64,000 bases of DNA from Nostoc sp. (GCF_036917575.1 NZ_JBALDC010000040.1:83-64082), one strand, 5' to 3'. Positions 48,659-58,767 are shown, counted from the stretch's first letter. Numbers and translations: made by a program. The notes: generated by a model not told the origin, from the letters alone.

Positions 48659-48849
48659 GGAAATCTCACTTAATTTACTCAGAACTCGGAACTCGGAACT
48701 GTTTTGCCCCCTACCCCCTGCCCCCTACCTTCTGTTACTGTTAAAAAATCAAAAAATTTTAGTAAAAGTACTCACTACACTGGTCAGACCTGTATTTTTA
48801 GGTAAATGTAGTTTGTTAGATATTTATAAAGTGTTGGGGAGGCTTGTAG

Positions 48850-50037
48850 ATGAAGATACTGGTACTAAGTTGGGAGTTTCCACCAAGGATTGTTGGGGGA
48901 ATTGCGCGACACGTGGCGGAGTTATACCCGGAACTGGTAAAGCTAGGACATGAAATTCACCTGATTACAGCAGAGTTTGGTCACGCATCGATGTATGAGG
49001 TAGTTGAAGGAGTAAAGATACATCGAGTGCCAGTGGCATATAGTAATGACTTTTTCCACTGGGTAGTCAATCTCAACTTGAGTATGGGAGATCACGGTGG
49101 TAAGTTGATTTTAGAAGACGGGCCTTTTGATTTAATTCATGCCCATGACTGGTTAGTTGGAGATGCTGCGATCGCTCTCAAGCATAATTTTAAAATACCA
49201 CTAATTGCCACAATTCACGCTACAGAATACGGACGCTGTAACGGTATTAACACTGATATTCAAGGTTATATAAATGGCAAAGAAACCTTGTTAGCTTTCA
49301 ACGCTTGGCGGATTATCGTTTGTAGCGATTATATGCGCCAAGAAATAGAAAGAGCATTGCATAGTCCTTGGGATAAAATGGATGTCATTTATAACGGTAT
49401 CCGAGCCGAAAAGAAACAGCATCACGTAGATTTTCATCCACTAGATTTTCGCCGCCAATTTGCCACAGACAATGAGAAAATCGTTTATTACCTCGGTCGC
49501 ATGACCTACGAAAAGGGTGTACCAATATTACTCAATGCTGCACCTAAGATCCTTTACCAAATGGGAGGTAATGTTAAATTTGTGATCGTTGGTGGCGGGA
49601 ATACTGACCATCTCAAGCGCCAAGCCTGGAATTTGGGAATTTGGCATCATTGCTATTTTACCGGTTTTCTCTCCGATGAATACTTAGATAAATTTCAAAC
49701 TGTTGCAGACTGCGCGGTGTTTCCGAGTCTTTACGAACCCTTTGGGATTGTTGCTTTAGAAAGCTTTGCCTCTCGTGTACCTGTAGTAGTTTCTGATACT
49801 GGTGGTTTTCCTGAAGTGGTGCAACATACCAAAACAGGCATTGTCACTTGGGTAAACAATCCTGATTCTTTAGCTTGGGGAATTTTAGAAGTGTTGAAAA
49901 ATCCAGGTTATCGCCAATGGCTGATAGATAATGCTTATGAGGATTTAGAGCGACGCTTTAGCTGGTCGAAATTAGCCAATCAAACAGAACAAGTGTATCA
50001 GCGAGTTGTCCAAGAGCGATCGCAAATAGCGTGGTAA
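48850..50037 (+). CDS. GT4-family (GT-B fold) glycosyltransferase
   Basis: 395-aa ORF beginning MKILVLSWEFPPRIVGGIARHV. The C-terminal region reads ...FPSLYEPFGIVALESFA... Confidence 0.85.
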   Translation: MKILVLSWEFPPRIVGGIARHVAELYPELVKLGHEIHLITAEFGHASMYEVVEGVKIHRVPVAYSNDFFHWVVNLNLSMGDHGGKLILEDGPFDLIHAHDWLVGDAAIALKHNFKIPLIATIHATEYGRCNGINTDIQGYINGKETLLAFNAWRIIVCSDYMRQEIERALHSPWDKMDVIYNGIRAEKKQHHVDFHPLDFRRQFATDNEKIVYYLGRMTYEKGVPILLNAAPKILYQMGGNVKFVIVGGGNTDHLKRQAWNLGIWHHCYFTGFLSDEYLDKFQTVADCAVFPSLYEPFGIVALESFASRVPVVVSDTGGFPEVVQHTKTGIVTWVNNPDSLAWGILEVLKNPGYRQWLIDNAYEDLERRFSWSKLANQTEQVYQRVVQERSQIAW

Positions 50038-50072
50038 TATAGCAATCCGATTTGATTCCTAAATTATTCGTA

Positions 50073-50123
50073 GAGACTAGAGACTAGGGACTAGGGACTA
50101 GGGACTAGGGACTGGGGACTGGG
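50073..50123. repeat. STRR heptamer array (GGGACTA/GGGGACT units)
   Basis: The run is gagactagagactagggactagggactagggactagggactggggactggg. Confidence 0.9.
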
Positions 50124-50179
50124 AAAAAGGAATAAAGGTGTACTGAGTTTTTTCACGCAATCAAATATGAGTCCTATAT

Positions 50180-50212
50180 ATATCCCCGACTTCTTAAAGA
50201 AATCGGGGATAT
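50180..50212. repeat. dispersed hairpin element (copy B)
   Basis: atatccccgacttcttaaagaaatcggggatat has the same stem as 23515-23548. The loops differ by one substitution and one nucleotide of length. Confidence 0.85.
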
Positions 50213-50404
50213 AAAATTTTCTTTAAACTTGCATAAATCTTTAATCAACCTTTGATGAGTATAGCCTTAACGGTAGATTGGGTCTTTTTACTAATTCGCT
50301 ATTTTGGTGTAGATGAACGATTTGGTAAAAGAAAAGATTTACGAGGTTTAATTGATGCGGCACATCAAAATATAAAACTATATGGGGTTGCGATCGCAAA
50401 CTTA

Positions 50405-51694
50405 TCAGCCATTGACTAAATACCAACGCTGTAGCGCCAGTCGTTGAATTTCGCGCCAAGGAATCTTATGCTTTCGGGCTAAGTCTGCACAATCTTCATA
50501 TTCTGGCTGCACATTTGCAATAACTTTTTCTGGTGATTGCTTTTTCCATGCTATTTTGACACGCACTTTGCCATATTCAATTTCCACTTGTTGAATTTCC
50601 CGTTGTAAAATGGCGCGTTGCTGAGTTGTTCGCCGAATGCCCAAAGTTGTAGTTTCGCGGAAAATAACCGCTTCACAACTGAGTAAATTTTCTGGATGAC
50701 AAATCACAGTTAGCAAAATCCCCGGACGGGACTTTTTCATACCGATCGCTTGGGTAAAAACATCCAGCGCCCCAGCCGCAAACAACGCCTCAAACACATA
50801 GCCAATCGCTTGTGGACTTAAATCATCAATTTGGGTTTCTAATACCGAAATGGTTTCCAAGTTTGAGCTAGTAGCTTCCAAATCACTGAAATTTGCCTGT
50901 AAACTAGCGCTTTCACCCAACCAGAGGCGTAAAATATTGGGAATGGGTAAATTTATGGTTCCTGCTCCCAGTCCTATCTGCTTGATAGCGATCGCAGGTG
51001 GCGAACCAAAATCTCTTGCCAAAGTAGTGGCGATCGCCGCTCCTGTTGGTGTTACTAATTCTCTGTCAATACCATTGCTATAAACTGGACAACCCCGCAT
51101 TTCCCACAGCTTTAATACCGCTGGTACTGGTACTGCCATCTGACCATGTGCAGCCCGAACAGTGCCACCACCAGTTGGAAACGCCGAGCAGTAAAGTAGG
51201 GGCAATCCTTCGTTATTGCTTTCAATCCCCAACCAATCTAACCCCAGGCAAGTGCCCACAATATCTACGATCGCATCTATAGCACCCACCTCATGAAAAT
51301 GAACTTTTTCAGGCGAAATGCCATGCACCGCCCCTTCTGCTACTGCTAGCTGTTGGAATACTGCCAAACTCCAAGCTTCTGCCCGTGGTGGTAACGCCGC
51401 TTTGATAATCATCCCCTCTATTTCTGGCAAATGGCGTGTGTGATGGTGACTGTGTTCGCGATCGTGGTGATGATGGTGATGGCGATCGTCGTGTACTAAA
51501 TCTACATGGACTTTAGTCGCCTGCTGACCATTCCGTTGAACAAGTTCTGCTTTTAACTGATATTCCTGTTCAATACCCAACCCATTAAGTTTTGCAATTA
51601 AATACTCCACAGGAACACCCAAACTGACTAAAGCACCCAGGCACATATCACCAGAAATTCCTGTCGGACATTGAAGATAAGCAATTTTATTCAT
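50405..51694 (-). CDS. larC: LarC-family (DUF111) nickel-insertion protein
   Basis: 429-aa ORF beginning MNKIAYLQCPTGISGDMCLGAL. The His-rich tract is HDDRHHHHHHDREHSHHHTRH, followed by HFHEVGAIDAIVDIVG. Confidence 0.85.
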   Translation of the reverse strand: MNKIAYLQCPTGISGDMCLGALVSLGVPVEYLIAKLNGLGIEQEYQLKAELVQRNGQQATKVHVDLVHDDRHHHHHHDREHSHHHTRHLPEIEGMIIKAALPPRAEAWSLAVFQQLAVAEGAVHGISPEKVHFHEVGAIDAIVDIVGTCLGLDWLGIESNNEGLPLLYCSAFPTGGGTVRAAHGQMAVPVPAVLKLWEMRGCPVYSNGIDRELVTPTGAAIATTLARDFGSPPAIAIKQIGLGAGTINLPIPNILRLWLGESASLQANFSDLEATSSNLETISVLETQIDDLSPQAIGYVFEALFAAGALDVFTQAIGMKKSRPGILLTVICHPENLLSCEAVIFRETTTLGIRRTTQQRAILQREIQQVEIEYGKVRVKIAWKKQSPEKVIANVQPEYEDCADLARKHKIPWREIQRLALQRWYLVNG

Positions 51695-51700
51695 AAAAAA

Positions 51701-51735
51701 TTAGTCATTAATCATTAGTTATTAGTCATTAGTCA
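51701..51735. repeat. heptamer array (TTAGTCA-type) immediately upstream of larC start
   Basis: The run is ttagtcattaatcattagttattagtcattagtca. A degenerate CCCCAAT-type tract follows at 51760-51808. Confidence 0.8.
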
Positions 51736-51812
51736 AGAATCATTTTTTATTCTCTCCTATCCCCAATTCCCAGTTCCTAGTCCCCATTACCCCTTATCCC
51801 AATCCCCGTCCT

Positions 51813-52472
51813 ATGGCAAAAATTTTCCCAGTTCATCCGGATAATCCTCAAATTCGCCGAATAGAGGAAGTAAAGTCGGCGCTCTCTGGTGGAGCAGTCA
51901 TGCTTTACCCTACTGATACAGTCTATGCGATTGGTTGTGATTTGAATGCTAAGTCGGCGGTAGAACGAGTGCGGCAAATTAAACAGCTAGCAAACGATAA
52001 ACCATTGACATTTTTATGTCCCTCACTTTCAAATGTGGCAACTTATGCCTTCGTAAGTGACACAGCCTATCGGATTATGAAACGCCTAATTCCAGGGCCA
52101 TACACGTTTTTGCTCCCAGCTACGAAGTTGGTACCACGATTGGTGCAAAGCCCCAAGCGGAAAACTACTGGAATTAGAGTACCAAACCATACTGTATGTT
52201 TGGAATTGCTGGCAGCGTTAGGCAATCCGATTATTTCAACTTCAGCACATCTGCCATCAGATGAACTAGATAATGGCATGATTCGGATAAATCCTGAAAC
52301 GATTCAGTCGCGGGTAGAGCTATTCGATCGTTTGGACAAGTTGGTAGACATAATTGTAGACACTGGTGAGGAACCTACATTTGAAGTATCTACTATCTTG
52401 GATCTGACCGGAGACGAAGCAGCAATTATACGGAGGGGTTTAGGTTGGGAAACAGCAGCAGCATGGGTATAA
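51813..52472 (+). CDS. tsaC: L-threonylcarbamoyladenylate synthase (YrdC/Sua5 family)
   Basis: 219-aa ORF with YPTDTVYAIGCDL, DKPLTFLC, PGPYTFLL and TGIRVPNH. Confidence 0.85.
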   Translation: MAKIFPVHPDNPQIRRIEEVKSALSGGAVMLYPTDTVYAIGCDLNAKSAVERVRQIKQLANDKPLTFLCPSLSNVATYAFVSDTAYRIMKRLIPGPYTFLLPATKLVPRLVQSPKRKTTGIRVPNHTVCLELLAALGNPIISTSAHLPSDELDNGMIRINPETIQSRVELFDRLDKLVDIIVDTGEEPTFEVSTILDLTGDEAAIIRRGLGWETAAAWV

Positions 52473-52877
52473 AAATTCCACTTCACAGGCGCACCTCTTT
52501 GTTTCGGAAATTGTGATAAAAATCACTCCAGTTTTAAAATTGTCATATTTAAAAGCGATGTCTAGGATTGACTGTTCGGTGAGGCAGTAGATATAAGAGG
52601 ATGGTGGCAACACTTGACACAGTAAGGTATTTGACAAGTTTAAAAAAATGGCGGGTACTCGTGTGCCAGCGTTGAGATGGTGGCTTGTGAACGAAACCGA
52701 CACATTGCCATAACTGTAACTCTTTCGTATTTCCTATAGTTTTAATATATGAGCTTTAGATGTGAGCATTATATACGGCAAGTCTTGATGGATGAATGCC
52801 TAAAGATTCTCCAGCCTTGGACGGTCTTGATTGCTGTGTCTGCGTTGTAATTACGGTGCAATACTACTGGAAAAGTC

Positions 52878-54098
52878 ATGAAAGCTAACGTCGTCAGTCT
52901 ACCAAACTCTACACCCATTTTTGAGAATCACATTTCAACTGAAGAATTTTCAGATAGCAGCAGCGATCGCTTGATTCAATTGCTGTCTAAGGAAATGCAA
53001 GCGCAAGTGAAAGCAACACCCAAGTGTGTAGAAGCTTTAGCAAAGCGCATAGCCGTAGAAGTAGAACGCATTTGCGACAAAAGCTCCCGCATTCAAACAT
53101 CTGGGGAAATCAAGTCCTGGCAAATGACGTTGGGCAGGCATCGGATGCAAAAATGCTTACGTTACTACCAACTAGGTTCCAAGCAAGGGCGGGTAGAATT
53201 ACATAGCAATTTGGGTGCTATGGTCTACCGTCATGTAACTATGTCTGGTTCAGAGTTGGGCTTTGATGCTCGTTACAGCCTGATTGAAGATTTTTTACAA
53301 GCATTTTATATCGAAGCAATCAAAGCTTTCCGTAGAGAAAACGAACTACCAGAGAATCACACGCCGCGTACTCAGCTGCAATTAGCTGAATACATGGCTT
53401 TTACAGAGCAATATGCCAAACGCCGGATCAATTTACCTGGTGGTGCAAATCAGCAATTGATTATCTTGCGCGCTCAAGGTTTTGCTCGTCGTCAGCCCCA
53501 AGAAACTACCGTGGATATTGAAATGGCGGTAGAGTCTGCTAAGGGTGAAGAAGCAGAATCTTACCAACGTAACTCGGCGGTGCAACAGCTGCGATCGCAA
53601 ATGATTGCCCAAACTAATTTCGATCCATCTGAAGAATCAGAACGCGATCGCGTCATCACTGAATTGATGAAATATCTGGAGTCTCAAGGTCAATCTGATT
53701 GTATGAATTACCTCAGTTTGAAACTTCAAGACCTTTCAGCCCCAGAAATTGACCAAATTCTCGGTTTAACTAGCCGTCAGCGCGATTATCTCCAACAACG
53801 GTTTAAATATCATGTAGAAAAGTTTGCCAAACAACACCACTGGCAATTAGTACATCAATGGTTAGGCGCGGGTTTAGAGCAAAAATTGGGTTTATCTTGC
53901 CAGCAGTGGGAAATCTTTGTGAATCAACTCACAGAACAGCAACAGCAAATATTACAGTTAAAAACTGCACGAGAAAACGACGTTGCGATCGCTAAAGCCA
54001 TTAAATGCACCCCCAAACAGCTGCAAAAGCGCTGGACTCAACTTTTAGAACTAGCATGGGCTATCCGCAACGGTCATACTGAAGCTCAAACAGGTTGA
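52878..54098 (+). CDS. HetZ-family protein (HetZ or HetZ-related paralogue)
   Basis: 406-aa ORF. Segments recalled from Anabaena HetZ are present: CLRYYQLGSKQGRVELHS, EDFLQAFYIEAIKAFRREN, LILRAQ, LTSRQRDYLQQRFKYH. The assignment is from memory. Confidence 0.7.
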   Translation: MKANVVSLPNSTPIFENHISTEEFSDSSSDRLIQLLSKEMQAQVKATPKCVEALAKRIAVEVERICDKSSRIQTSGEIKSWQMTLGRHRMQKCLRYYQLGSKQGRVELHSNLGAMVYRHVTMSGSELGFDARYSLIEDFLQAFYIEAIKAFRRENELPENHTPRTQLQLAEYMAFTEQYAKRRINLPGGANQQLIILRAQGFARRQPQETTVDIEMAVESAKGEEAESYQRNSAVQQLRSQMIAQTNFDPSEESERDRVITELMKYLESQGQSDCMNYLSLKLQDLSAPEIDQILGLTSRQRDYLQQRFKYHVEKFAKQHHWQLVHQWLGAGLEQKLGLSCQQWEIFVNQLTEQQQQILQLKTARENDVAIAKAIKCTPKQLQKRWTQLLELAWAIRNGHTEAQTG

Positions 54099-54592
54099 AG
54101 CCAAGACGAAATCACTAAAATTTATCCAAGCTAAATTGCAGTTATTAAAAATGTTGTAATGCCTGCCTGAATTTAATTCAGCGTCACCCCAGCACATATT
54201 AGATTATTCATGAAACTTATCGCCACGCTACAGTCAGGCGTTTTCCCTACGTCGTTTTTTACGAGTTTATGAACAGGAGATTATTGTCTACGCTGTTTTC
54301 CATTGTTCCCAATATTTAGAAAAATGGCGTAGTTGCTTGCAATAGTTGGTTTTTGAGACTATAGATAAATCCATTATTTTAACTATTATCTGAAGAACTG
54401 TAACTCGTTCTTACGCAAATTATTAATACATTTGTATTTATTTAGTACAAAAATACCAATAAATTCAGATTTTTTACTTATTAATCCAACCACGTTTAGC
54501 CAAAATCAAAAATTCATATTAAGTAATTGACCCTTTTTTACTACTTCTGTGAAATCCTATAATAAGCAGGACTTTTGGCAGAGGGATTGAAG

Positions 54593-55069
54593 ATGGCTCT
54601 GACTCAAGGCGGACGGGCAAATAAATCTGGGAATATTTTAGAAGCAAATGTAGAAGCAATCTTGCATGGGCATAATTATTTCCAAGTAGGAAATTATGTT
54701 CAAAAAGAATTTATATTAAATGCTACTTTATTGCCAAAACGTTATGGCAAAGAAGTTTATATTGGCACTGGAATTTATCATACGTATCTAAAGGTTGATT
54801 TTTATGTTGTTGGCTCATCTGTAATGCCATCTGGTTTAATTTTCGAGTGCAAATGGCAAGAAAGCCCCGGTTCCGTTGATGAAAAGTTTCCTTACTTGAA
54901 CATGAATATTCAGCACTATTACCCTGCACCAACTATCGTAATTTTAGGTGGTGAAGGTATGCGAGAAGGTGCAAGCAAATGGTTGAAAGCAAGAGTTAAT
55001 GATAATCAGAATTTATTGGCAGTTTATAGCTTAGACAGATTCATTGCTTGGGCAAATAAAAATCTTTAA
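54593..55069 (+). CDS. short PD-(D/E)xK nuclease, DpnII/MboI-core-like putative restriction endonuclease
   Basis: 158 aa from ATG 54593 (the track starts at TTG 54575). It contains GGRANKSGNILEANVEAIL and KVDFYVV...LIFECKWQ (D...ExK). It is convergent with, and overlaps, the methylase. Confidence 0.6.
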   Translation: MALTQGGRANKSGNILEANVEAILHGHNYFQVGNYVQKEFILNATLLPKRYGKEVYIGTGIYHTYLKVDFYVVGSSVMPSGLIFECKWQESPGSVDEKFPYLNMNIQHYYPAPTIVILGGEGMREGASKWLKARVNDNQNLLAVYSLDRFIAWANKNL

Positions 55070-55898
55070 AAGATGTAATTAATAGTTCGTCAATCATCCC
55101 TCTGTTTTTTATATTTGAGTTAATTGAACGCACTGCTTTAATTTTATAAGTTTCAAAATTGATCTCACTATAAATTTTTCTAATAAATTCACTATTAGAA
55201 TTGCATATCATAACTTTGACACCACGACTTGCTAACTCTGCACAAACATCTCTTAAAAGTTCCTGGTCTTTTTTACTAAAACAATTTTGACTATAAGCAG
55301 TGAAATAGCTAGTATCACTGATAGGATGGTAGGGCGGATCAAAAAATACAAAGTCATCACTGCTAGTCGCATGATTTAGGACTTCTGTAAAATCTGCTTG
55401 CTTAATTTCTGCATGGAAAAGCGTTTCGGAGGCTGATTTAAGTAAAATCTCAGCACAAATATTGGGATTATTATATCTGCCTAAAGGTACATTAAATTTG
55501 CCCTGTGAGTTTACTCGATAAAGACCATTAAAACAAGTCTTATTCAGATAAATTAGACGAGCCGCTTTTTCTATATCACTACCACCAGAGTTGTTTCTGA
55601 TACTGTAGTAATAATCTTTATCATGTCGGATTTTATGCTCTTTTAATAGAGAAATTAATTCCTCAACACGATCTCTAACACAACAATAAGTGTTAATTAG
55701 TTCGGCATTAATATCAGTTAAAATCGCTGCATTTGGTTGGAGATAGAAAAAAACAGCACCACCACCTAAAAATGGCTCATAGTAATTTTTATAACTCTTG
55801 GGAAAATAAGGAATATATTGCTGTATTAACCGATTTTTACCCCCTGCCCACTTCAAAAATGGACGCGGGCTAATTTCGTTAGGGATTTGAATTACCAT
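55041..55898 (-). CDS. dam: Dam-family (D12 class) N6-adenine DNA methyltransferase
   Basis: Contains PFLKWAGGKNRL, EPFLGGGAVFF and the catalytic FFDPPY. Confidence 0.9.
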   Translation of the reverse strand: MVIQIPNEISPRPFLKWAGGKNRLIQQYIPYFPKSYKNYYEPFLGGGAVFFYLQPNAAILTDINAELINTYCCVRDRVEELISLLKEHKIRHDKDYYYSIRNNSGGSDIEKAARLIYLNKTCFNGLYRVNSQGKFNVPLGRYNNPNICAEILLKSASETLFHAEIKQADFTEVLNHATSSDDFVFFDPPYHPISDTSYFTAYSQNCFSKKDQELLRDVCAELASRGVKVMICNSNSEFIRKIYSEINFETYKIKAVRSINSNIKNRGMIDELLITSFKDFYLPKQ

Positions 55899-56063
55899 TT
55901 ATTTACAATTTAACTAAAAATAATTATGACTAAATAAAGCCAATATAACCGACAAACCAAATTTTAGATTAACTGGCTAATTTTCCAGCCGCATATATTA
56001 CAATTGAGTAGATAAAGCATATCAAAACAAACGTAAGTATATAACAAGGCAGTTTAGATTCAG

Positions 56064-56270
56064 ATGTTTGACGGATTTTGGGATAACGTCTTTCGCTACC
56101 CCCGATACTTAATTACGATAGTCTTAGGCTTGTTTCTGAACACTTTTGCGCCATTAGTGCCATTGTTGAAACGCCCTATCACCTTGATCGCTATCTTGGG
56201 TTTATTTGTGAGCAGCCTAGTTTTCCTTACTTTCACTTTACGGGCAATGCTGGGCTTGAGTACAATCTAG
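56064..56270 (+). CDS. small two-TM membrane protein (DUF751/Ycf33-like, from memory)
   Basis: 68-aa ORF beginning MFDGFWDNVFRYPRYLITIVLGLFLN, with two hydrophobic helices. Confidence 0.6.
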   Translation: MFDGFWDNVFRYPRYLITIVLGLFLNTFAPLVPLLKRPITLIAILGLFVSSLVFLTFTLRAMLGLSTI

Positions 56271-56393
56271 ACTTGCGTTATATCGGGGCTATACCCCACA
56301 GACGGTTGCTCTTGGCGTTGCTCCCGCTAAGTACTGTCTACCCAACTTTCATTTATTTTTGTCGTACAACCTCTGTGATGAGGCAAGATTTTT

Positions 56394-56813
56394 ATGGCTA
56401 CAAATCGTCGAGTTTCCCGCGTTGCTGAACTGATCAAACGGGAAGTTAGCCAAATGCTGCTTAACGGAATTAAGGATGACCGTGTGGGTACTGGAATGGT
56501 CAGTGTTACTGATGTTGATGTTTCCGGCGATCTCCAACACGCTAAAATTTATGTCAGCATTTATGGTACGGATGAAGCTAAGGTAGAAACAATGGCAGGC
56601 TTAAAGTCAGCCACGGGTTACGTCCGTAGCGAACTTGGGGCGCGGGTACGGCTACGTCGTACACCAGAAGTAATATTTCTCGAAGATCGCTCCATAGAAC
56701 GTGGTAATAAGGTATTGGCATTACTAAACCAACTTAACCATGATCGTCCACCAGAAAATCTGCTAGCAGTAGAAGACAGCACTGTTCCAAATGATCAGGA
56801 ATCTTCCGAATAA
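56394..56813 (+). CDS. rbfA: ribosome-binding factor A
   Basis: Reads [27 protein letters not shown]...[23 protein letters not shown], followed by LRRTPEVIF. Confidence 0.92.
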   Translation: MATNRRVSRVAELIKREVSQMLLNGIKDDRVGTGMVSVTDVDVSGDLQHAKIYVSIYGTDEAKVETMAGLKSATGYVRSELGARVRLRRTPEVIFLEDRSIERGNKVLALLNQLNHDRPPENLLAVEDSTVPNDQESSE

Positions 56814-56874
56814 GTAACTAAAACAACAATGTAACTTCAGAACAATTAATCTCAGCAAATCCGCCAAACAGTTT

Positions 56875-56904
56875 ACAGACGTGACTAGATCGCGTCTGTT
56901 TTAA
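56875..56904 (+). terminator. possible rbfA terminator hairpin
   Basis: acagacg (56875-56881) pairs with cgtctgt (56893-56899), followed by tttta. It is related to the 13025 palindrome family. Confidence 0.45.
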
Positions 56905-57643
56905 TGTAAACATAACCTAATTCAGCAGTACACTTCTTTTCTTGCGGGCGAAACAAAGTTTAAATATTCTTCCTTGTTTTGTTAAAGCTCTATTCCTTGA
57001 GAGGCGGAATATTTAGCAATTCTGTATTCTCACTTTTGTTTATGTGTGTCCTAATTATGAATCAGAGTATTATTCCACCCTTTTACAGATGTTTTTTAAA
57101 AGAAAACTGGATATTTTTAGTGCTGAAATTAACTAAGAAATTATGGGCTTACTTAAGAAATTGCTAACAGATGCTATGGTAAAAACCTTGATAGTATACT
57201 TTAGCCGTTATGTTTTGCAACAGTTTATACAAAAATAACTGACAAATATTATTGTGTTGTTTACCTTAGATGAATACCAGCAGTTATAGATCCAACTTTT
57301 AAGGTGATTTTTTGATATGTAAGCCATCGCGATATAAACTCTTACTAACCACCAAATCTTGCCTATACACAGTAACAGCAGGACTTTCAGACTTGTGGCA
57401 TCAAAGTCATACGAGCTAATAAGCAGGTTAAGTTAACTACTCGGAATTTTTTTTGTAAAGCGGATTTTTCCAAAATGTCAGGATTCGTTGACTTTCTTAA
57501 CATTTCTTGAGATATTTTCCAGAGATGTAGCGTCAAAATAAAAATAGTTCCGTATAGCAAACTACAAAATTGTAGCCATAAGTATAATTTCTGTAATGTT
57601 TGTTCCTAATTTTTAACGGGAACACTATCGTAAGTGTTAATTT

Positions 57644-57892
57644 GTGAGTAAAAACATGAGTGTGAATACGGTGCCTTCTATTAATTACTACTCTCTAGAT
57701 GTGATTCAAGACGAAGCACGCCGACTGGTACAAAAGGGAATGATTAGCCGACAACAGCCAATATATACCCTCTGCCAATACATCCCAGCCAGAGAGTGGG
57801 TTTGCGTTGAATGTGAATTAGAGAAATGTGACTTTTTGTTACGCGATCGCATTGGCGACCTAATTGGTCGCGAACAGTGGGACAACGACTAA
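57644..57892 (+). CDS. hypothetical small Cys-containing protein
   Basis: 82-aa ORF with a GTG start (alternative ATG at 57656). The sequence is non-repetitive and no family was recognised. Confidence 0.45.
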   Translation: MSKNMSVNTVPSINYYSLDVIQDEARRLVQKGMISRQQPIYTLCQYIPAREWVCVECELEKCDFLLRDRIGDLIGREQWDND

Positions 57893-58144
57893 TCAATGTT
57901 TGGTTTCGGTTTGGGATTGGGAGTTCGTTTTTGATGTGTGGATGGTACCATCAACGATTCAACATTCAATCAGGAGGATAATCTCTGGTTTTTAATGAGC
58001 ATTGCCCTATACAGAATTTTGCGTTTTTGATTAACACAGAAGTATTGGAGTCTGAATTTATACAACTTTTCAAGTGAAAAAAGGCATCAAAACCATTTGT
58101 TCTGTACATCTGGTGTCACGGCTTGAGTTTAGTATGTAGATTCT

Positions 58145-58191
58145 GTGAAGTTCCCACATTGAGCCGATAGAAGTGTAGGAACTTCACTTTT
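58145..58191 (+). terminator. orphan intrinsic terminator (possible sRNA 3' end)
   Basis: gtgaagttcc (58145-58154) pairs with ggaacttcac (58178-58187), and the stem extends via aca/tgt. It is followed by tttt. Confidence 0.5.
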
Positions 58192-58413
58192 GACTCCCAA
58201 TTTATTGCATCGCTTACCTTCAGTAAGTGATAACCTGCTTGCTGTTTAAAGCTAAAATCTATTTGGAAAAGTTTGCTAAGTCGGGCTAACCGTTACCAGT
58301 TACGACCACGAAGGGAACCTCCGCCAGCAATTGGCTCAACCTTCACAAAATCCAAAATTAATCGTATTTTTCCTGAAAAAATCTCGAAAAGCATAGAAAA
58401 ATCGGATGAACTA

Positions 58414-58767
58414 TTATCCTACTCGCTCTAAATATTGATTAATGTCTTCAATGATGCGAGTAAGTTCAGCTTCAGTAGTCAAACGAATGTTGACATTGCG
58501 GACAGTCAACAAAACTTTAGCTGCGAAGGGCGTTGGCCAGATATTAGGATTACAAAAAACTTCTAAAAATACTTCACCCGTATAACGATATTCTAAGGGA
58601 GGCTGGGGAGTGACTCTACCACCGCCAGGAGTGGGTTTAGCGGCGATCGCTTTCAGGCGTTCCATCAGTTGATCCGTTGCTGTTTTTAATTCTCGTGCTG
58701 CTTGGGGTGAAAAGCTAAAGGAGACTGAACCTTCAATTAAGTTCAATGTTAAAGGAATTGAAGACAT
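58414..58767 (-). CDS. hypothetical protein
   Basis: 117-aa ORF with ordinary composition and no overlapping alternatives. No family was recognised. Confidence 0.5.
   Translation of the reverse strand: MSSIPLTLNLIEGSVSFSFSPQAARELKTATDQLMERLKAIAAKPTPGGGRVTPQPPLEYRYTGEVFLEVFCNPNIWPTPFAAKVLLTVRNVNIRLTTEAELTRIIEDINQYLERVG

Noticed and set aside
48642-48953. 103-aa ORF spanning the heptamer arrays downstream of lepA
   Set aside because: It begins in the GTGCTGA repeat array and overlaps, out of frame, the start of the GT4 gene.
52473-52877. HetR-binding palindrome (GAGGGG-N-CCCCTC type) upstream of the hetZ-like gene
   Set aside because: It was not found on reading both strands of the interval.
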